From positions 1 through 52,595 of IMG/VR virus record IMGVR_UViG_3300020438_002387: a DNA stretch of 52,595 nucleotides. One strand, given 5' to 3'. Under the pieces are notes generated by a model. It was not told where the DNA came from. It worked only from the letters and a program-made list of their open reading frames with translations, and ran no database searches. Below, piece after piece: positions 48,386 to 52,595 of the stretch (its first letter is position 1; every line of letters starts with the position of its first letter). The position numbers were made by a program, and so were the translations under genes. This DNA comes from a virus. Lineage: Duplodnaviria > Caudoviricetes.

Positions 48386-49217
48386 TTAACAAACTCCTAT
48401 ATCTTTCAACAACTGGAGTTTTTTCTAAAAAGCTATTTTCTGTATAATGCAATATACCAGTTTGTATAAAATTACCTATTTTTATATTGCAATCTTTTGA
48501 AATATAAAATCCAACTTTGTCTAACCAAGACGATTCTACTTCTTTCCAATCTTGGCAATGTGCTTTCATATGCACAAATGTAGGCAATGACGATATTCTA
48601 TTAGTAATTTCATCTTCACAATCTAAAATTTTTGCAACAATTGACGCACATACATCTATACTAACTTGTTGTGGTCTAGACTGTGGCATTAATTGTTGCT
48701 CGTAAAACGTTTCCCAGTTGTTAACCACTAACTCTAACCATGCATAAAAGTCTTGTGCAAACTCACATTTTTTGAAATAATGAAATCCGCTAAACAAATT
48801 AGGAAGATTGCTGTCAATAAATGTACGTCGATAAAACTGTGTATCTGCAGGAGTTCCCCTGTAATTTAAAACTTTATTAGTAAAGAATATATCGTAATTT
48901 GATAAAAAGTCCCACCAAACATCAATATTCTGTAGTACTAACATATCTGTGTCCATTACGATAGTTTCATTGTAAGGACTAGCATGATATAACTTCCAGC
49001 GATTTTCTACTTTCCATTCACTAGTTTCTGCATGATCGCCATATGGGATTGGAATAATTTGATCAAATAAGTTTTTATTTGGTACTTCGTCATTTGTAAC
49101 TATGCTAATTTTTGTATCAGGATTATGTGTACATAAACTCATTGCTAACAAACAGGCTTGATCTACATAATTATCAGTTTCATTATTTTGAGCTAATACT
49201 ACTATTCCTTTATCCAT
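48378..49217 (-). CDS. GT-A fold glycosyltransferase (GT8/mannosyltransferase-like)
   Basis: SPYNETIVMDTDM (DxD), FVHMK. Confidence 0.65.
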   Translation of the reverse strand: MDKGIVVLAQNNETDNYVDQACLLAMSLCTHNPDTKISIVTNDEVPNKNLFDQIIPIPYGDHAETSEWKVENRWKLYHASPYNETIVMDTDMLVLQNIDVWWDFLSNYDIFFTNKVLNYRGTPADTQFYRRTFIDSNLPNLFSGFHYFKKCEFAQDFYAWLELVVNNWETFYEQQLMPQSRPQQVSIDVCASIVAKILDCEDEITNRISSLPTFVHMKAHCQDWKEVESSWLDKVGFYISKDCNIKIGNFIQTGILHYTENSFLEKTPVVERYRSLLNV

Positions 49218-50064
49218 TTTCTAACTCCTCGTCGATCATCCGTGTTAAGCTAAACTTGTTCATAACGTGTATGGTTAAGCCTTTTGTTCTTATAGAAGTG
49301 TATTCGCCTGTATAATTTTCTTTTTCAATAAGAAACATCATTTCGTCATTTTTCATTTGCCAAAGAATGTCCTTGTCGGCGGTGTAAAACATTGTTCCGG
49401 GCAATTCCTCAGCAAAACTACCCTGTGCAAATCCATTCATTATATGAATAGCAATACTAAATGCAAAGTCATTTCTAAAAAGATGAGACTTTATTTGATA
49501 TGTTCTTCTATAATGATGCCACTCGTCTTCAATGTGCTTAACTAAATCAAAAAACTTTTTATTAGTTTCTGTTTTTTTAAAAAACACAACAGTTGCCCAA
49601 TAAAAATCAACACTAACATCGTCAATTTTTTGAAATTCGTCTTCATTTCTAGCTTGAGAAATATCACTTGATTTTTTATATATCATAAAGTCTGCATCAG
49701 ATTCAAACACAGATGCTAGTAAATTATTAGATATAATGTAATCAGTATCTAATAGTAGTGTTTCATCATACGGAGATAATTCATATGCACTTGCTCGATT
49801 AGCATTCTTAAAGCCCGCAGATTTCTTTGACAATGCACCATCATAGAAATAACGCATATTTCCTTCTTCAGTATAATCTAGTTTAATTACTTTATCAAAA
49901 TCGTCAGTGCCGTATGTTTGCTCTAAGTATACGGGGCTGTCTGTTGCAAGAGACACAGGAACTTTTAGATATTTTTTGATACGTCTTGCTAAAAAAACTG
50001 CTTGTTTTACATAATCTAATTGTCCGTTATTTTTAGCAAAAAGAAATACACCTTTACTACTCAT
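49210..50064 (-). CDS. GT-A fold glycosyltransferase (paralog of 48378)
   Basis: SPYDETLLLDTDY, FRNDFAFS, HVMNK. Confidence 0.65.
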   Translation of the reverse strand: MSSKGVFLFAKNNGQLDYVKQAVFLARRIKKYLKVPVSLATDSPVYLEQTYGTDDFDKVIKLDYTEEGNMRYFYDGALSKKSAGFKNANRASAYELSPYDETLLLDTDYIISNNLLASVFESDADFMIYKKSSDISQARNEDEFQKIDDVSVDFYWATVVFFKKTETNKKFFDLVKHIEDEWHHYRRTYQIKSHLFRNDFAFSIAIHIMNGFAQGSFAEELPGTMFYTADKDILWQMKNDEMMFLIEKENYTGEYTSIRTKGLTIHVMNKFSLTRMIDEELENG

Positions 50065-50407
50065 AATCGACTAACTTCTCTACGCTTCTATTCTTTTTTA
50101 GGCTCATATAATCTGCGTGATAAGCATTTGCCGCTTCAAAATATTGTGTAAGAATTTTTTCATAAAATTCATCGACATTTTGAATAAGTGCAGGATTACT
50201 ATTATCGTCAATTAATACAATTTCGTCTTGATCTGCTTCAGCCATAGCTTTACAAAAGTTAATTAATTCTTTAGTAATTGTAAATTGTGACCCGGAATAA
50301 AAATACAATAGTCCTTCTTCAAATCTTTCTCGAAGAACACGTTTTTGATTGTTTAGTGTCATCATATAATTTGAAAAATCTAATGCTTTTTCAAGGCGCT
50401 CATCCAT
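50057..50407 (-). CDS. hypothetical phage protein
   Basis: AGGAG RBS; first gene of the leftward run. Confidence 0.75.
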   Translation of the reverse strand: MDERLEKALDFSNYMMTLNNQKRVLRERFEEGLLYFYSGSQFTITKELINFCKAMAEADQDEIVLIDDNSNPALIQNVDEFYEKILTQYFEAANAYHADYMSLKKNRSVEKLVDYE

Positions 50408-50435
50408 AGTAATACTCCTATATTATTATACTACT

Positions 50436-50464
50436 AGTATATAACAAATTTTTGGAGTTGTCAA
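50436..50464 (-). promoter_or_regulatory. sigma70-type promoter heading the leftward GT/radical-SAM run
   Basis: Minus strand TTGACA(50464-50459)-N17-TATACT(50441-50436). Confidence 0.75.
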
Positions 50465-50476
50465 GCTATTATTGGA

Positions 50477-51466
50477 TTATAACGGAGAAATGAGTGCGCC
50501 CGCAGGTAGTGTTTCTTGATATGTAACTGTAGAATATATAGTGCCATTAATATTTACTTGGCCAGTTGGTACAGATAGTAATATGTCACTTTCAAAATCA
50601 CCAAAAACAGTTTCATCAATTCCATAAGATGTGTCATTTGGCTGGCCGTCTACAAATGATACTTTAAATTGTATTACTCGTTGGCTTACTTGTCTAGCCC
50701 TTATTTCGTAATCGTTTCTAGCATATAGTGCGCCGCCACTTTTAGAATAGCATAGTCTATATGCGCTAGTTAATCCATAATTACCTACAGGATACCCTGT
50801 TCCTACACTAGAATTACTATACGTTGATTCGGCAGCAAAAGATATTTGACCCATATTGGATAAAATTGTGCGCCAATCAACTGTTTTGGATTGACTTCCG
50901 GTGTAATCAACACTTCCTTGAAATCTTATTTGTCCGCCGGAATTAAAAAAGTGCCGGCGTGCTGCATTTGTTGGAAATTCAACAGTAAAAATGTGACTGA
51001 TCTGTCCATTCCACGGACCATTAGAAGCTAATCTTGTACTTGTCATTGTATTGCCGCCGGGGTCTTCAAGTCTTACAACTGCTAGTTGGGAAGAATCGAC
51101 TAAAAATTTATCGGTTTCGAGATTTGTTGCTAAATTTTCTAATCCAGTAATATACGCTTCTTCAATTTTGTCAGCGGTTGTAGGGTTAGCGTCGATATCT
51201 CCTACAACAAAATCGTCAATACTAACAGATGATCCTATTTGGTGGTATCTAGCACGTACAATATCAACATATAAGTCTTCGTAGTCTTGTGCTGAAATTT
51301 TGTCAGCGTCAACTGGGCTAGTAACTGCCTGTGTGCCAATTACTGAGTTTGTTGTAGTGCCTTGTCCGTAACCAAATTGAGGAGAAGATGTCGTAGAAGC
51401 CCCAAGAACGGTGTTTACCCGCGCTCTTAAATTATTATATCTACTGGCTTGTACAACTGTTGGCAT
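50477..51466 (-). CDS. putative virion structural protein
   Basis: Gly/Ser/Thr-rich; GYGQ and RRHFFNSGGQIR shared with 51519; CTAAATA box upstream. Confidence 0.65.
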   Translation of the reverse strand: MPTVVQASRYNNLRARVNTVLGASTTSSPQFGYGQGTTTNSVIGTQAVTSPVDADKISAQDYEDLYVDIVRARYHQIGSSVSIDDFVVGDIDANPTTADKIEEAYITGLENLATNLETDKFLVDSSQLAVVRLEDPGGNTMTSTRLASNGPWNGQISHIFTVEFPTNAARRHFFNSGGQIRFQGSVDYTGSQSKTVDWRTILSNMGQISFAAESTYSNSSVGTGYPVGNYGLTSAYRLCYSKSGGALYARNDYEIRARQVSQRVIQFKVSFVDGQPNDTSYGIDETVFGDFESDILLSVPTGQVNINGTIYSTVTYQETLPAGALISPL

Positions 51467-51518
51467 GCATTATCTCTCATTTTAAGTATTTAGTTAGAAG
51501 TTTCAACAGAGATAATTG

Positions 51519-52442
51519 TTATGATAGTGTAACACTATTAAAATATGTAGGTGCAATTGCTGCAACATCACCGGTAGCTCTATAATGCTGTATAGTGCTA
51601 CGTAAAATTCCGTCTACATTGTTATCTATTACATTATCCACTGCTAGATCATTAAATTCAATTCTAAAAATAATTCTAGTTTCAAAATCAGATCTTACTT
51701 TAACAGTGTATGTATTAGCTGCATAAATTCCTGAACCAACACCTGAACCAACTTTGTTATAAACGTTTTGGTAATTGCTAGTTAAGTTATAATTACCTAT
51801 AGACGTTCCGCCACCAGCTGTTGATATTGTAGTATTTGCACTAAATCTAATAGTACCTGTACTTGAACACAATTGTGCCCAGTCTAGACCTTTAGGTGTA
51901 CCCGAACTACTGTTAGACGAAGTAATTCTTATTTCGCCGCCAGTATTAAAAAAATGTCTTCGCTCATCTGCACTAGAAAAAGTAGCGATAAATTCATGAT
52001 AAATTAAGCCGTTCCATGTTGAAGATCTAACTGTACTAATAGCAGGTTCTAAAGTTGCTTGACTAGAATCAACTATTGCTTTATCAGCTTCAATAGTCGA
52101 CATTAAAGATTCAAAATCCGATAATCCTTTTTTAGCTCCTTCAGGATCTGCTGAAGTTACACCACTATCATCTACAAAGAAACTTTCATCCTCGGCAATC
52201 ACGTTTAGATTTTGTACAACTTGTGCTACTGATAAGTCACCCGGGCCTACTTGGTGTACTCTAGCTTTTAGTACGTCAGCATAAATTAAATTTAAATCTT
52301 CTGCTGTAATTACATCAGCTGCATTTGATACTTGGGCACTTGATAATGATTGTCCGTAGCCGTTTTGTCCTGCACCGTTACCTAAAATAAGCTCTATACG
52401 AGATTGTAAATTGTTAATTCGTGCTGCTGTAATTTCTGCCAT
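51519..52442 (-). CDS. putative virion structural protein (paralog of 50477)
   Basis: GYGQ, RRHFFNTGGEIR, IGNYNLT. Confidence 0.65.
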   Translation of the reverse strand: MAEITAARINNLQSRIELILGNGAGQNGYGQSLSSAQVSNAADVITAEDLNLIYADVLKARVHQVGPGDLSVAQVVQNLNVIAEDESFFVDDSGVTSADPEGAKKGLSDFESLMSTIEADKAIVDSSQATLEPAISTVRSSTWNGLIYHEFIATFSSADERRHFFNTGGEIRITSSNSSSGTPKGLDWAQLCSSTGTIRFSANTTISTAGGGTSIGNYNLTSNYQNVYNKVGSGVGSGIYAANTYTVKVRSDFETRIIFRIEFNDLAVDNVIDNNVDGILRSTIQHYRATGDVAAIAPTYFNSVTLS

Positions 52443-52451
52443 TTTGATACC

Positions 52452-52595
52452 TTATACTTTAAGTACGCATTCTACTAATTTTTCGCCTTCGTCGCTGTTG
52501 CTTTCTAATGCAACACCCACTAAAGAACCTCCGTTGATTGCAGTTCCTGCACAACCATTGTTGTTTACATATACTGCATCGCCTTTTGTTACAGA
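52452..52595 (-). CDS. C-terminus of a truncated, probably structural/fibre protein
   Basis: …VTKGDAVYV…LVGVALESNSDEGEKLVECVLKV*, resembling phage fibre C-termini. Confidence 0.55.
   Translation of the reverse strand, partial: SVTKGDAVYVNNNGCAGTAINGGSLVGVALESNSDEGEKLVECVLKV

Noticed and set aside
15207-50407. RiPP cluster with a precursor peptide
   Set aside because: Island is nearly gap-free; no small leader/core ORF, PqqD/RRE gene, protease or exporter was recognised
166-51284. Numerous 60-150 aa antisense or alternate-frame ORFs in the track (e.g. 3331-3642, 13385-13714, 14502-14942, 32706-33050, 40378-40719)
   Set aside because: Shadows of better-supported genes; no RBS or motifs
1-52595. 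tRNA/rRNA genes, CRISPR arrays, IS/integrase, alternative genetic code, or cellular origin
   Set aside because: None recognised by eye; TAA, TAG and TGA all end genes at coupled junctions; gene content and promoter types are phage-like

Overview
AT-rich, tightly packed segment of a large tailed dsDNA phage genome (Caudoviricetes). It has T4-like features (RNase H-type exonuclease, near-consensus sigma70 promoters, TAAATA late-type boxes) and uses the standard genetic code; the host cannot be determined. Four blocks: (1) 0.2-6.1 kb, a 7-deazaguanine cluster: folE, queE, a QueD-paralogous T-fold protein with an LxxxHRHxF (DpdL-type) motif, a GT-B glycosyltransferase with GTDC1/QTMAN-like motifs, a cupin, a purine phosphoribosyltransferase and a HIT hydrolase. 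(2) 6.2-14.1 kb, core-type phage genes: 5'-3' exonuclease, 2OG oxygenase, MoxR AAA ATPase plus metallopeptidase-VWA partner, hypotheticals. (3) 15.2-50.4 kb, a ~35-kb tailoring-enzyme island between fibre/structural genes: 11 radical SAM enzymes, about 10 Fe/2OG-type oxygenases, 2 QueC-like PP-loop proteins, 2 probable pseudokinases, about 6 glycosyltransferase-like proteins, UDP-glucose dehydrogenase, and SDR-, methyltransferase-, SGNH- and GNAT-like genes. Many occur as paralog pairs, including two related cassettes. (4) 50.5-52.6 kb, virion structural genes. All functional calls come from motif recognition by eye; no database searches were run. Several starts were moved from the ORF track to the nearest RBS-supported or overlap-coupled codon. 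No tRNA, rRNA, CRISPR array or mobile element was recognised.
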